DNA of 53,742 nt from a virus (IMGVR_UViG_3300018757_000034:1-53742), one strand, 5' to 3'. Positions 8,616-18,076 are shown, numbered from the stretch's first letter. Numbers and translations are program-made. Notes: a model not told the origin generated them from the sequence alone.

Positions 8616-9378
8616 CGAGATTGATAAGTATTACATGTCAAATTCACAATACAAGAGTTTTTTGCAATGTGAAGCTGCAACTATGGCAAAAATCAATGGA
8701 GAGTGGGAGCCACCAACTTCGGAAGCTCTCCTCTTCGGTCAATATATTCATGCCTGGCTTGAAGGAGAAGCTGCTTTTGACGAATTCAAAAACAACACAC
8801 CCTCTCTCTTTACTAAAAAAGGACATTTATATAAACAATATCAGTTAGCTGATCAGATGATTGAAACAATAAGAAGTGATGAACTCTGTATGTTTGTTCT
8901 TACTGGAGAAAAGGAAGCCATTATTACTGCCGAGCTATTCGGTGTTCATTGGAAAGGAAAGCTAGATGTCTATAACCCTGCAGGTGGACGGTTTGCAGAT
9001 TTAAAAACAACACGTTCATTACGGGAGAAGGTTTGGGATCCTGAGTTAGGATATTGTTCTTTTGTAGAAGCATATGGATATATTGCCCAAATGGCGTTAT
9101 ATGCAGAAATTGAAAAACGCTTTTCCAAAAGAAATGAATGGCTCGAGCCACTCATTGTTGGAGTTTCCAAGGAAAATCCGCCGGACAAAGCCGTCATCAA
9201 CATCGGTGAAAGCCGAATGGAAGTAGAGCTTGAGGATATTGAAAGAAGAATGGATCGTATTCTGCAGGTTAAACACGGTGGGGAAAAACCGAAACGCTGC
9301 GAAAGGTGCCAATATTGCCGCGCCACAAACCAGCTTAACCATATCGTTCATTTTACGGAGTTGATTGGCCAATCATGA
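8572..9378 (+). CDS. PD-(D/E)xK exonuclease (RecE/DUF3799-like)
   Basis: YMSNSQYK, KGKLD...ADLKTT, YxxQxAxY motifs, C-terminal CxxCxxC. Confidence 0.85.
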   Translation: MVTLPQVNKENYYSNEIDKYYMSNSQYKSFLQCEAATMAKINGEWEPPTSEALLFGQYIHAWLEGEAAFDEFKNNTPSLFTKKGHLYKQYQLADQMIETIRSDELCMFVLTGEKEAIITAELFGVHWKGKLDVYNPAGGRFADLKTTRSLREKVWDPELGYCSFVEAYGYIAQMALYAEIEKRFSKRNEWLEPLIVGVSKENPPDKAVINIGESRMEVELEDIERRMDRILQVKHGGEKPKRCERCQYCRATNQLNHIVHFTELIGQS

Positions 9379-9563
9379 AGGAAATTCTGATTCCTTATCC
9401 CTTCTGTTATGTATGGTTGACGGAAGGAATAAAAGAACGAAATGAACGGAAAGCGCTACTTGAAATGTATGTGAGGGATTATATCAAGGCAAATGAAGAG
9501 AATCTGGAATTTATAAAGGTTAAAGGCTTTTCAGCGCTCTGTAAACGGAAAGGAGGAGATTGA
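9375..9563 (+). CDS. Hypothetical phage protein
   Basis: 62-aa ORF translationally coupled to neighbours. Confidence 0.7.
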   Translation: MKEILIPYPFCYVWLTEGIKERNERKALLEMYVRDYIKANEENLEFIKVKGFSALCKRKGGD

Positions 9564-9564
9564 C

Positions 9565-10377
9565 GTGCATGGATGGATTAAGTTGCACCGGAAGATAGTT
9601 GATCATGAAATATGGAGTGATGTAACGACATTTCGGCTGTTCACCTTACTTCTGCTTAAAGCAAGTCATCAGGATGGAATAAAAATTAACGGTATTGAAC
9701 TGAAAAAAGGTCAGTACATAAGATCCTATTCAAAATTATGTGACGACCTTGAATTTAAAGAAGGACGGGCGTTTAAAAAAGTCTCAAAAAGCACCATTTT
9801 ACGTTCTGTGAAAAAACTCGTGAAAAATGGAATGATCACCGTTAGCGAAACGGATAGCGGAACGCTGTTCACCATCGTTAAATATCAATTGTACCAAGGG
9901 TTTAGCCATACAGATGAATCGTTTCACGAAACGGATAATGAACCTTTAACGAAACGACCGCAGAACGATCACGGAACGATCGCGGAACAAAAACAAGAAT
10001 TAAAGAATTTAAGAAGAGAAGAAGAGGAAGAGAACCTCTCAGCATTCCAACAAATCGAAAACAAATTTCTGCAGCGGAAAGGCAGCTTGTTTTTATCGCC
10101 TATGGATTCGCAGTCAATCAACAGACTTCTTAAAGACCAAATTCCTTTGGAGAATATCCTGAAATGGATTGATGAAATATTCGACGAATACAAGCCGAAA
10201 CATCGTGCCGATACCATCAAATCTTTTGCTTACTGTGAAAAAGGCATTCTTGATCGATGGGCCAAGCTTAAGCAACAGCAATCGAATGTCAAAGAGTTCC
10301 CGAATAAGAAAATCAAGAACAGTTTTGATGCTTTGGCCGAATATGCCAGAGAGCGCGGTATTCAGATGGGGGGATAA
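9565..10377 (+). CDS. Phage replication initiator (N-terminal wHTH, DnaD-like C-terminus)
   Basis: GWIKLHRKI start; SFAYCEKGILDRW DnaD-like motif; precedes loader and helicase. Confidence 0.85.
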   Translation: MHGWIKLHRKIVDHEIWSDVTTFRLFTLLLLKASHQDGIKINGIELKKGQYIRSYSKLCDDLEFKEGRAFKKVSKSTILRSVKKLVKNGMITVSETDSGTLFTIVKYQLYQGFSHTDESFHETDNEPLTKRPQNDHGTIAEQKQELKNLRREEEEENLSAFQQIENKFLQRKGSLFLSPMDSQSINRLLKDQIPLENILKWIDEIFDEYKPKHRADTIKSFAYCEKGILDRWAKLKQQQSNVKEFPNKKIKNSFDALAEYARERGIQMGG

Positions 10378-10379
10378 AC

Positions 10380-10661
10380 GTGGAAGTGAACCAGGCAATG
10401 GAGATCCTGCAAAGAATAGCTGCTGCTTATACAAAATTTGATTTAACCGGCGAAGTTGGTAAAAAGCGAATTGAACTCTGGATTGATCATCTTAGCAAAT
10501 TGCCATATGAACCGGTTTTCGCGAAAGTGGACGAGCACATTTTAAATAATCGATTTCCACCATCTATTGCTGAGATTAAAGTCAGACAGCCAGAGAAAAA
10601 CGAATTTTTAGCAAAACAGAAAGAGTGGGAACGCCATGCAAAATATTCTCCAAAACGTTGA
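10380..10661 (+). CDS. Helicase loader/inhibitor (SPP1 G39P-like)
   Basis: W...L...FPPSIAEI motif; between initiator and helicase. Confidence 0.8.
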   Translation: MEVNQAMEILQRIAAAYTKFDLTGEVGKKRIELWIDHLSKLPYEPVFAKVDEHILNNRFPPSIAEIKVRQPEKNEFLAKQKEWERHAKYSPKR

Positions 10662-11940
10662 GGCTGAACAGGCTCTGCTCGGCTGCATTCTCGTAGAAAG
10701 TGACCTGATTAAAGAATTGTCTCTGCAGCCCGAGCATTTTTCTGAAACGAGACATCAAGTCATTTTTAAGGCCATGCGTGAGGTTGAAAAGCTCGGCAAG
10801 TCCGTTGATATGGTCACCACGGTTACAAAATTAGGCGATTCCGTTGAGCAAGTAGGTGGCCTTCAATATTTAACGGACTTAGGTAGTGCAGTGGCCAGCA
10901 CCGCCAATTTCTTGGCCTATCAGACATTGATTTACGAAGCTTATAGATTAAGAGAAATGAAAAAGATTGCGATTGAATTCGCAAATACTCCGACCGACGA
11001 CGGCATCACGGAGCTATATAAACGAGCGATGGAGCTTCAAGAAATCGGCATTGAAAAAACCCGTACGAAACAGGATGTCCTCATGGAGATTTACAATGAC
11101 ATGCACGAGGAGAAGGAGGACATCACGGGCATCAACACTGGATTAATCGATTTGAACGCTATGACAGGCGGCTGGCAGGATGGCGACTTAATTGTGTTAG
11201 CCGCCCGCCCATCTATGGGAAAAACCGCTTTTGCATTAAACATGGGGAAATCAAATTGTGAAAAGGGTGGAGTGACCGACATTTTTTCACTTGAAATGCC
11301 GGACAAGCAATTAACTCATCGTCTACTTAGCAATCTTGGGAACATCGAGGGATCGAAGTGGAAGAACCCCCGAAAGTTCTTTAGCGATCACGATTATGGG
11401 AATGCAACCAAAGCCATTGGAGAATATGAAAGTTGGAATATCAACATTCACGATCAACCTGCTCAAACACTGGCAGATATACGTTCAAAAATTCGAAAGA
11501 CGAAAAAAGAAAATCCGGATAACCAAAAGCATTTGGTCATCATCGACTATCTGCAGCTTATCCGAGCTATAGGAAAGTATGAAAGAAGGGACTTAGAGGT
11601 CGGGAGTATTACTGCAGAATTGAAGGAAATGGCCCGAGCATTCAAGATCCCGATCATTCTTCTTTCTCAATTATCTAGGGCGGTAGAGCAGCGGCAAGAT
11701 AAGCGGCCAATGATGTCCGACTTAAGGGAATCCGGAAGCATTGAACAAGATGCCGATGTCGTCATGTTTCTTTACCGCGATGATTACTACAACAAAAATT
11801 CCGAACTAAAAAACATTATTGAAATTGATCTTGCCAAGCAGCGAAACGGTCCGACCGGCATGATACAAGCAAGCTTTATAAAGGAGTACGGAAGATTCAT
11901 AAACCTTGCCAGGCAGATGGATGCCGGTTTGGTTGGATAA
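10636..11940 (+). CDS. DnaB-family replicative helicase
   Basis: AARPSMGKT Walker A, IIDYLQL, LSQLSR, DLRESGSIEQDAD, KQRNGP. Confidence 0.97.
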   Translation: MQNILQNVEAEQALLGCILVESDLIKELSLQPEHFSETRHQVIFKAMREVEKLGKSVDMVTTVTKLGDSVEQVGGLQYLTDLGSAVASTANFLAYQTLIYEAYRLREMKKIAIEFANTPTDDGITELYKRAMELQEIGIEKTRTKQDVLMEIYNDMHEEKEDITGINTGLIDLNAMTGGWQDGDLIVLAARPSMGKTAFALNMGKSNCEKGGVTDIFSLEMPDKQLTHRLLSNLGNIEGSKWKNPRKFFSDHDYGNATKAIGEYESWNINIHDQPAQTLADIRSKIRKTKKENPDNQKHLVIIDYLQLIRAIGKYERRDLEVGSITAELKEMARAFKIPIILLSQLSRAVEQRQDKRPMMSDLRESGSIEQDADVVMFLYRDDYYNKNSELKNIIEIDLAKQRNGPTGMIQASFIKEYGRFINLARQMDAGLVG

Positions 11941-11956
11941 GAAAGGAGAAATTGTA

Positions 11957-12151
11957 TTGAGTGAAAAATCAACGACAGACACCGGCAGTGAGCGGCAGGA
12001 TTATTTGATTCATGAGCTTATCAGATATGGTCATTATGAATCAGATGATGGCCGTCAGCTCTATGAGTTACCGCTTGTCGAGCTTGAGCGGCTTCACATA
12101 AAAGTGAAATGTAATTTTGGCCATAAAATGTCATGCGAGGCGGGAGATTGA
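11957..12151 (+). CDS. FbpA-like small protein
   Basis: LIHELIRYGHY..DGRQLYELPLVELE motif; TTG after AAGGAG. Confidence 0.7.
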   Translation: MSEKSTTDTGSERQDYLIHELIRYGHYESDDGRQLYELPLVELERLHIKVKCNFGHKMSCEAGD

Positions 12152-12252
12152 TGAGAGTGTTTCAATCATTTCGATGTTTAGCATTTATTATTATTCACGC
12201 CAGAAGAGAAGATTCAAAGATTCATAGCTGGCTATCTGATGACGGGAGGTAG
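12151..12252 (+). CDS. Small hypothetical protein (33 aa)
   Basis: TGATG coupling, RBS GGGAG, fills the intergenic gap. Confidence 0.45.
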   Translation: MRVFQSFRCLAFIIIHARREDSKIHSWLSDDGR

Positions 12253-12258
12253 AGGAAA

Positions 12259-12519
12259 TTGATTGAAGTTGGCGATTGGATTTATATGAGTACACAAGGA
12301 TACCAAGGAAATGCATTTGTTGTGCACAGAGAGCAAGATGTGCTTTTAGTCCAGATCCCTTCTGGCACTTTATCACGAATTTCTATTCATTCTGTAACGA
12401 AACTCGATGAACGACTGAGAGACAAAGATTTTCAAGTGCTCATTGATCTTGCCTTGGATTTGGGAGATAAAAAATGGTTTGACGAGTTGGCAGAGCGACG
12501 CCGGGAGGTCATGAGATAA
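12259..12519 (+). CDS. IDEAL-domain protein
   Basis: C-terminal LIDLALDLGDKKWFDEL. Confidence 0.8.
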   Translation: MIEVGDWIYMSTQGYQGNAFVVHREQDVLLVQIPSGTLSRISIHSVTKLDERLRDKDFQVLIDLALDLGDKKWFDELAERRREVMR

Positions 12520-12659
12520 TGCCGAGGTTTTTCGTTGCAATCGTGCTTCTGAATTGGAACATCGGCTTTGAAATCCATTTAGTCAACGGAATGAGGTTGG
12601 TCAGATTGACCTTTCTTCCACTCACATTATTTATCAGAATAGGAGAGCCACAGAAATGA
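12519..12659 (+). CDS. Small hydrophobic protein (46 aa)
   Basis: TAATG and ATGA coupling on both sides; RBS GGAGG. Confidence 0.55.
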   Translation: MPRFFVAIVLLNWNIGFEIHLVNGMRLVRLTFLPLTLFIRIGEPQK

Positions 12660-13114
12660 TTGAATTCACGATTTACGGAGAACCAGTTGCGCAAGGTCGT
12701 CCCCGTGCGACGACTATAAACGGAATGGTGCGGATGTATGACCCTAAGAAATCAAGAGATTTCAAGCAGTATGTGAAATTAGCCGCTTCTGATCATCGCC
12801 CTCCTAATCTATTCAAAGGGCCGTTGGAGTTAGAAGTAAAGGTTTATAAATCGACTCTTAAGAGTTTTAGCAAGAAAAAGGCCGCTGCAGCTGAAAGAGG
12901 AGAGCTCCGGCCCAGCAAAAAGCCGGACGTTGATAACTATATCAAGGGTATCAAGGACGGCCTTAACAAAGTGCTATGGCAAGATGACAGCCAAATTGTT
13001 GATTTGCACGTCAGTAAATTTTATAGCGAGAAACCAAGAATTGAAATTAAAGTCACCCCATTATCCCAGGAGGAGGAACAATTATGTCTTTCATTGATTT
13101 CAAAGCAATCGTAA
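12656..13114 (+). CDS. rusA: RusA-family Holliday junction resolvase (YqaN-like)
   Basis: KPDVDNYIKGIKDGLN...WQDDSQI motif. Confidence 0.93.
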   Translation: MIEFTIYGEPVAQGRPRATTINGMVRMYDPKKSRDFKQYVKLAASDHRPPNLFKGPLELEVKVYKSTLKSFSKKKAAAAERGELRPSKKPDVDNYIKGIKDGLNKVLWQDDSQIVDLHVSKFYSEKPRIEIKVTPLSQEEEQLCLSLISKQS

Positions 13115-13761
13115 AAAAGGTGAATATGAAACCGAAGGGCTTAACGGAAATTACCTTGGAGGTCAATAGCGCGGATTTAGACGGGAAGATTCAACACCTC
13201 TCTGAAATGATTGATCAAAAAGTGGAATCCCAATTGGAATCAACACTGGTCAATTATAACGTTGAAATCAATCCTAACACGAACCAACCTACAACTAGCT
13301 ATAAGGTTGACCAGCGTGGAGTAGTATCAGAGGTTGAGCCGCAACCAGAACAACTTGAGGCTGAGCTTGGGCTACCCAAGGAAAACATTCCAACCAAAAA
13401 AGAAAAACGGCAGATAGAACGGGCAATTATAGAGGAGTTTATCACCAGCGGAATGGCGCCTAATTTCGAGGAGTTTCCGAGCGACTTCCCTAATTTCGTG
13501 AAGCGTAAAATTGAAGGTGAATCCTATAGCAAATTGGCGTCTGAGCTTGAGATCTCTTCGGGCAAAATTGTTGATCTAATGGATCAATATTTCGCGAAAG
13601 TTGCGCCGCTTGCAGATACATGGTGGGACTGGAAGCAAGACCAGGACGCAGAAGCGGAACCGCTGTTCAAGCAAGAAAACGATGCGCCGGCTGAAGAAGA
13701 CTCGCCAGCTGATAATGACAGCCAGGATGACCAGGAAGATGAGGAACACGGTGCTGCATGA
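13084..13761 (+). CDS. Hypothetical protein with HTH-like segment and acidic tail
   Basis: GESYSKLASELEIS segment; strong RBS. Confidence 0.75.
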   Translation: MSFIDFKAIVKKVNMKPKGLTEITLEVNSADLDGKIQHLSEMIDQKVESQLESTLVNYNVEINPNTNQPTTSYKVDQRGVVSEVEPQPEQLEAELGLPKENIPTKKEKRQIERAIIEEFITSGMAPNFEEFPSDFPNFVKRKIEGESYSKLASELEISSGKIVDLMDQYFAKVAPLADTWWDWKQDQDAEAEPLFKQENDAPAEEDSPADNDSQDDQEDEEHGAA

Positions 13762-13841
13762 TCAAACACAATGGTATTTGCTTTTTCGCATAGAGGAAGA
13801 GGATGGACAAGCCGTCCACCTCTATGCACCTATTAGCTAAC

Positions 13842-13887
13842 AAAAAAACCGAAGCGATTGCTCCGGCTATGGTACACAATAATGGGC
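13842..13887 (-). ncRNA. Candidate antisense sRNA 3 (~46 nt) opposite the xtrA leader
   Basis: Minus-strand TTCACT-17-TATGAT with extended TG; terminator CCGGAGC-AATC-GCTTCGG plus U7. Confidence 0.55.
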
Positions 13888-13917
13888 ACTTCAATCATAG
13901 CATAGGGAGCGATGCAA

Positions 13918-14124
13918 GTGAACCGTCCAAGAGAGTTAGACATCAATCAGGATTTTTCAGTTAATAGCAAAATTCAAAGTGGGAAAGTAACTGTCATCGT
14001 TTTAGATGGCGTTAACGGTGTTGCTTACGAAGCAGAGGCGCCGGAACATGGAAAAACGATCATTGAAACAGCGAAGGGTGACTTTGCCCGAGTCGATTAT
14101 CGAATTGGTTACAAGATTAAATAG
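13918..14124 (+). CDS. XtrA/YqaO-family protein
   Basis: GKVTVIVLDG...APEHGKTIIET.KG motif; GTG 8 nt after GGGAG; synteny after RusA. Confidence 0.85.
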   Translation: MNRPRELDINQDFSVNSKIQSGKVTVIVLDGVNGVAYEAEAPEHGKTIIETAKGDFARVDYRIGYKIK

Positions 14125-14237
14125 TGAAAGTGGTTTAGCCGTCCTTATGGCAAATGTGTAACTTAGAAAAAAGGGGGAAGAGTACTTCTGCTGTTTATTT
14201 TTAAGTGAGACTTAATTTACACTTGTATATATATTGG

Positions 14238-14266
14238 TTGCCAAAAAACAGTTTAAAGTGTAAAAT
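14238..14266 (+). promoter_or_regulatory. Sigma-A promoter of the inserted cassette, flanked by TGGTTGC direct repeats
   Basis: TTGCCA-17-TAAAAT; TGGTTGC at 14235 and 14266. Confidence 0.7.
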
Positions 14267-14299
14267 GGTTGCAAAGAATATGGGATAGGGAGTGTTAAT

Positions 14300-14944
14300 T
14301 TGGATATTGTTTTTCCTATTAATGCAAAAGAAATAATAAATAAAGAAATACCCTTAAATATTCGTCGCAACTTTGTTAATTTAATACAAACTGGTTATGA
14401 CTTAGTAACACAAAGTATGAATGAGACATCTTTTTTTAAATGGGATATTGGTAAGAGGCATAGAGGTTACTTAGACCATATTGCAGTGGAATATGTTCTT
14501 TATGAAGCAGCATTAAACGGAACAGTTAATTTAAAACCTTCTGTAGTACCTAATTCTAATCGTTCGGCTTTGCATCTTGAGTTAGAAAGTCAGAATATGA
14601 AATTGACAGTAAGCCGTGTCTCAGATAAATTTAAAACCGCTAGAAATGCTAAATTTAGATCAATACTCCAAAAAAGCAATCAACTATATTGGACTGAAAC
14701 AAATGAAATAAAGGAAGAACCTGCTTATTTACAGTTAACTCATGGAAATGAAGACGGAAAATTGTCATTTGCTAATCTGGGGATACCTGATAATAAAGGT
14801 GGATGGTATGATTTTCTTGATTTAACTAAGGAGTTACATATTGTCAGGAAAAAATTACAAGAGGAAAATGAAATTAAACCTGAACAATTGGTGGGTTTTA
14901 AAAATTTTGCTCAAGGAGTGCTAAAAAGTGGAGGATCGTCTTAA
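14300..14944 (+). CDS. Hypothetical protein, putative toxin of a RosmerTA-like pair
   Basis: AT-rich; overlaps the HTH-peptidase gene. Confidence 0.6.
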   Translation: MDIVFPINAKEIINKEIPLNIRRNFVNLIQTGYDLVTQSMNETSFFKWDIGKRHRGYLDHIAVEYVLYEAALNGTVNLKPSVVPNSNRSALHLELESQNMKLTVSRVSDKFKTARNAKFRSILQKSNQLYWTETNEIKEEPAYLQLTHGNEDGKLSFANLGIPDNKGGWYDFLDLTKELHIVRKKLQEENEIKPEQLVGFKNFAQGVLKSGGSS

Positions 14945-16088
14945 ACGATTCTCGTCCATAGTTCCCGAAAGAATAAAGATGGGACGAGAAGCCAGAGGAC
15001 TAACAACCAGAGAATTCGCAGAAATGATCGGAGTTTCTCACCAAATGATATCCAAGTATGAAAAAGGTCAATCAATTCCAGGATCACAAGTTCTTGATAA
15101 AATGGTTAAGGAATTGAACCTGCCATTTAGGTTCTTTTTGAAAACTAAGAAGGCAGCAGGAGAAGACAAAACAGTTTTCTTTAGAAGTAGAGCAGTTTCT
15201 TCTGTCAAATTAAAAAAAATACATGAAATCAAACTTGAGTGGTTAAAGGAAATTCAATATTATTTAGAAGATATTCTTGATTTTCCAAAAGTGAACTTTC
15301 CTAATCTTATTAATCAAAAAAATTTTTTTCAACCAGTACATTTTGAAGAAATTGATGAACTGGCAATGACCCTGAGAAAGTTTTGGAATCTAAATGAAGG
15401 TCCGATAAGTAATCTACTTTTGTTATTGGAGAAAAACGGTGTAATAATTAGTAAAGTAAATTTTTCAGATATAAAAATCGATGCCTGTTCTGAATGGGAT
15501 GAGAATGGAAGACCCTTTATTCTTTTAGGGAATAATAAACAATCGTCATCAAGAACTCGATTCGACTTAGCACATGAATTAGGTCATTTAATTTTACACC
15601 GGTATATTAAAAAAAGTGAATTTAACAATAAACAAATATATAAAAGAATAGAGGAAGAAGCTGATCGATTTGCTTCAGCATTTCTTATGCCTAGATCTTC
15701 GTTTATTGAGGAATTTGTAGGATCTTCCTTAGACTTTTTTGTTTTAATGAAAAAGAGATGGAAAGTGTCAATTCAAGCTCTTGTTTACAGGGCATCAGAT
15801 TTGGGTTTAATATCTGATTATCAAAAGTCTTATCTATGGAGGCAAATCTCTAGTAAGGGATGGAGAAAATCAGAACCATTTGAAGAGCTTATTGTAGAGG
15901 AACCTGTAGTTCTAAAACAAGCTTTTGAATTAATAATTAATCATGAAGTGAAGAGTAAAGGACAATTAGTTGATGATTTGTCTTTAAATCGTGAGGACAT
16001 AGAGGAGTTATCTAATGTTGAAAAAGGATTTTTGTTAGAATTTAATGAAAAGCCTTTGGAAGATAATATTCTTAACTTCAAAATTTAA
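14928..16088 (+). CDS. XRE-HTH plus ImmA/IrrE Zn-peptidase fusion (RmrA-like)
   Basis: N-terminal HTH; RFDLAHELGH; EEEADRFASAFLMP. Confidence 0.9.
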   Translation: MEDRLKRFSSIVPERIKMGREARGLTTREFAEMIGVSHQMISKYEKGQSIPGSQVLDKMVKELNLPFRFFLKTKKAAGEDKTVFFRSRAVSSVKLKKIHEIKLEWLKEIQYYLEDILDFPKVNFPNLINQKNFFQPVHFEEIDELAMTLRKFWNLNEGPISNLLLLLEKNGVIISKVNFSDIKIDACSEWDENGRPFILLGNNKQSSSRTRFDLAHELGHLILHRYIKKSEFNNKQIYKRIEEEADRFASAFLMPRSSFIEEFVGSSLDFFVLMKKRWKVSIQALVYRASDLGLISDYQKSYLWRQISSKGWRKSEPFEELIVEEPVVLKQAFELIINHEVKSKGQLVDDLSLNREDIEELSNVEKGFLLEFNEKPLEDNILNFKI

Positions 16089-16090
16089 AA

Positions 16091-16156
16091 GTCCAAGACG
16101 GAGAGCCTGCGGACACTAAACCAGCGCAAAAAAGCGTTTGTTTAGTGTCTTTTTTA
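16091..16156 (+). terminator. Conserved motif copy 1 overlapping an intrinsic terminator before arpU
   Basis: GTCCAAGACGGAGAGCCTGCGGACACT; stem GACACTAAAC/GTTTAGTGTC plus T-run. Confidence 0.8.
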
Positions 16157-16175
16157 TTTTAAGGAGGGGTGGATC

Positions 16176-16559
16176 TTGTTAGCTAAACAATTGGCTTTTC
16201 TACCGCCTATAGACGAAAAAGAAGTCAGAAATACGATGATAAGGGAGCTGAAAAGGTACAAGGCTTTGAAGGTCCAGCTTGAAAACCGGAAAGAACGGGA
16301 AGCAGCTGGGATGAATAACCTTTTCCCCAAGCTCAGAGACCAGAACTCTTTAAATGAATTGAAAGTTTGTCAGATGGACAGGGCGCTTAAACAAAGCCTT
16401 GATGTTGATGAATTAAAGATTATAAAGGCCAAGTATCTCTCTTCCCAAAAAATAAAGGACATTGAGATTTATATGGAGATGGGGTTGAAAAAGGACAAAT
16501 ACTATCAGATCAAACGGCAGGCCATTTATAATCTGGCCACAGCTCTCGGGATAATATAG
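16176..16559 (+). CDS. ArpU-family late transcriptional activator
   Basis: IIKAKYLS...KDIEIYMEMGLKKDKYYQIKRQAIYNLATALG; position at the end of the early region. Confidence 0.9.
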   Translation: MLAKQLAFLPPIDEKEVRNTMIRELKRYKALKVQLENRKEREAAGMNNLFPKLRDQNSLNELKVCQMDRALKQSLDVDELKIIKAKYLSSQKIKDIEIYMEMGLKKDKYYQIKRQAIYNLATALGII

Positions 16560-16577
16560 CGTGGCTTATTTAAAAAA

Positions 16578-16695
16578 CCGCAATAGCATTTAAATTTAAT
16601 CTCCTAAAATCACCCCCACTAAATCAATGATTCTTAATCCCTTCTTAAATTGCTATTGCGGGGGTAACCGAAAATTTAATTGCGGTGGTCCGAAC
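16578..16695. promoter_or_regulatory. ComA-box-like sites upstream of rap
   Basis: CCGCAA (16578), TTGCGG (16656), TTGCGG-TGGT-CCGAAC (16680-16695) versus consensus TTGCGG-N4-CCGCAA. Confidence 0.65.
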
Positions 16696-16764
16696 GTCTT
16701 TTTCAAATGGTGGAATATTGTTAAAATTTACATCATTAGTATAGTTAAGGGAAGGGTGAAAAGG

Positions 16765-17892
16765 TTGGATAGAATCTCATCTGCAGAAGTGGGGATGAAA
16801 ATTACTGAGTGGCACCAGCATATTCAAAAATTCAATGTGACAGACGCCGAAATGCTTAAAGCTGAAATTGAAAGGGATATAGAGGTTATGGAAGAAGATC
16901 AGGATTTACTAATCTATTATCAATTGATGGCTTTCCGCCATAGTATAATGATTGAATATATAGCACCTTCAGGTGAAAAACAGATGGAATTATCAGAATA
17001 TTTAAAGAGGATTGAAGGGAATAAACGAAAATTAGATCACATGCTCACGTATTATTATAATTTTTTTCGAGGGATGTATGAATTTAGGAATGGAGAATAT
17101 ACGAAGGCAATTACTTATTATAAAAGAGCTGAACGTCAATTTCCTGCTATATCAGATTCGATTGAGAAAGCGGAATTTTACTTTAAAATGGCTGAAGTCT
17201 ACTACCATATGAAAATGACCCACGTTTCAATGTATTTTGCAGAGCGAGCATATAACATTTACAAAAAATATGAACTCTATTCTGTTCGCCTTATTCAGTG
17301 TCATTTTGTCATTGCTGGAAATTATGATGATTTAGAGAATCATGAGAAGGCTCTTCCACACCTAAATAAAGCACTTAGAGGCGCAGAACTATTAAAAAAG
17401 AAAAATCTACAGATATACGCTTCTGCTTTTTACAATCTTGGCAACTGCTATCACAAAATGGACAACTTAAACAAGGCTGCAAGATATATTGAACAAGCTC
17501 TAGTTCAATATAAAAAATTAAAATCAAAAAATTTGCCGCAAGCATACCACGACTTGGCGCTAATCAATTTCAAACAAAATAAGTATGATAAAGCCAGGGA
17601 TTATTACCGCAAAGGGCTGAGAAGTGCTGTGGAACTTAAAGATAATCTGTTTATAAGCCTTTTTGAAGCTCTCGAGTCACTTTATATAAAACGTGGTGAA
17701 ACTACATCGCTTTTTAAAATTTTCAATCGATTGGAAACAAGCAAAGGATTTCCGTATTTGGAAGAGCTGGCATTGTTAGCCGGCACCTATCTAGATTATA
17801 ATGGAAAAACAGAGGATAGTCTCATCTGTCTTAAAAAGATGGTCTATGCTCAAAAGCAAATATTGAAGGGGGAATGTTTGTATGAAGTCTAA
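16765..17892 (+). CDS. Rap-family TPR aspartate phosphatase (RapE/RapA-like)
   Basis: SAEVGMKITEW...MEEDQDLLIYYQLMAFRH; TPR repeats; likely TTG start. Confidence 0.95.
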   Translation: MDRISSAEVGMKITEWHQHIQKFNVTDAEMLKAEIERDIEVMEEDQDLLIYYQLMAFRHSIMIEYIAPSGEKQMELSEYLKRIEGNKRKLDHMLTYYYNFFRGMYEFRNGEYTKAITYYKRAERQFPAISDSIEKAEFYFKMAEVYYHMKMTHVSMYFAERAYNIYKKYELYSVRLIQCHFVIAGNYDDLENHEKALPHLNKALRGAELLKKKNLQIYASAFYNLGNCYHKMDNLNKAARYIEQALVQYKKLKSKNLPQAYHDLALINFKQNKYDKARDYYRKGLRSAVELKDNLFISLFEALESLYIKRGETTSLFKIFNRLETSKGFPYLEELALLAGTYLDYNGKTEDSLICLKKMVYAQKQILKGECLYEV

Positions 17893-18019
17893 AATGAAGA
17901 TCGGTTTAGGGATTATGATAATTGGACTTGGTTTTCTCAGTCATTTTTCGAACAACGATGATATGAACACAGCTTCAAGAAACATCACAAGCGCACCCAG
18001 TCATTATTTTGTTGTTTAA
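17882..18019 (+). CDS. Phr propeptide, PhrE-like, predicted mature peptide SRNIT; not in the ORF track
   Basis: MKSKMKIGLGIMIIGLGFLSHFSNNDDMNTASRNITSAPSHYFVV; overlaps the rap stop; PhrE carries internal SRNVT. Confidence 0.9.
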   Translation: MKSKMKIGLGIMIIGLGFLSHFSNNDDMNTASRNITSAPSHYFVV

Positions 18020-18048
18020 CTAAAAAATGAGTTTTTGGATTATCCTTT

Positions 18049-18076
18049 TAGCCGTTTTATTAGCGGCTTTTTTTTA
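18049..18076 (+). terminator. Intrinsic terminator after phr
   Basis: AGCCG...CGGCT plus T-run. Confidence 0.75.

Noticed and set aside
16627-18019. Arbitrium AimR/AimP system
   Set aside because: The TPR protein has the Rap N-terminal signature and the peptide is PhrE-like; no AimP-type hexapeptide or aimX position.
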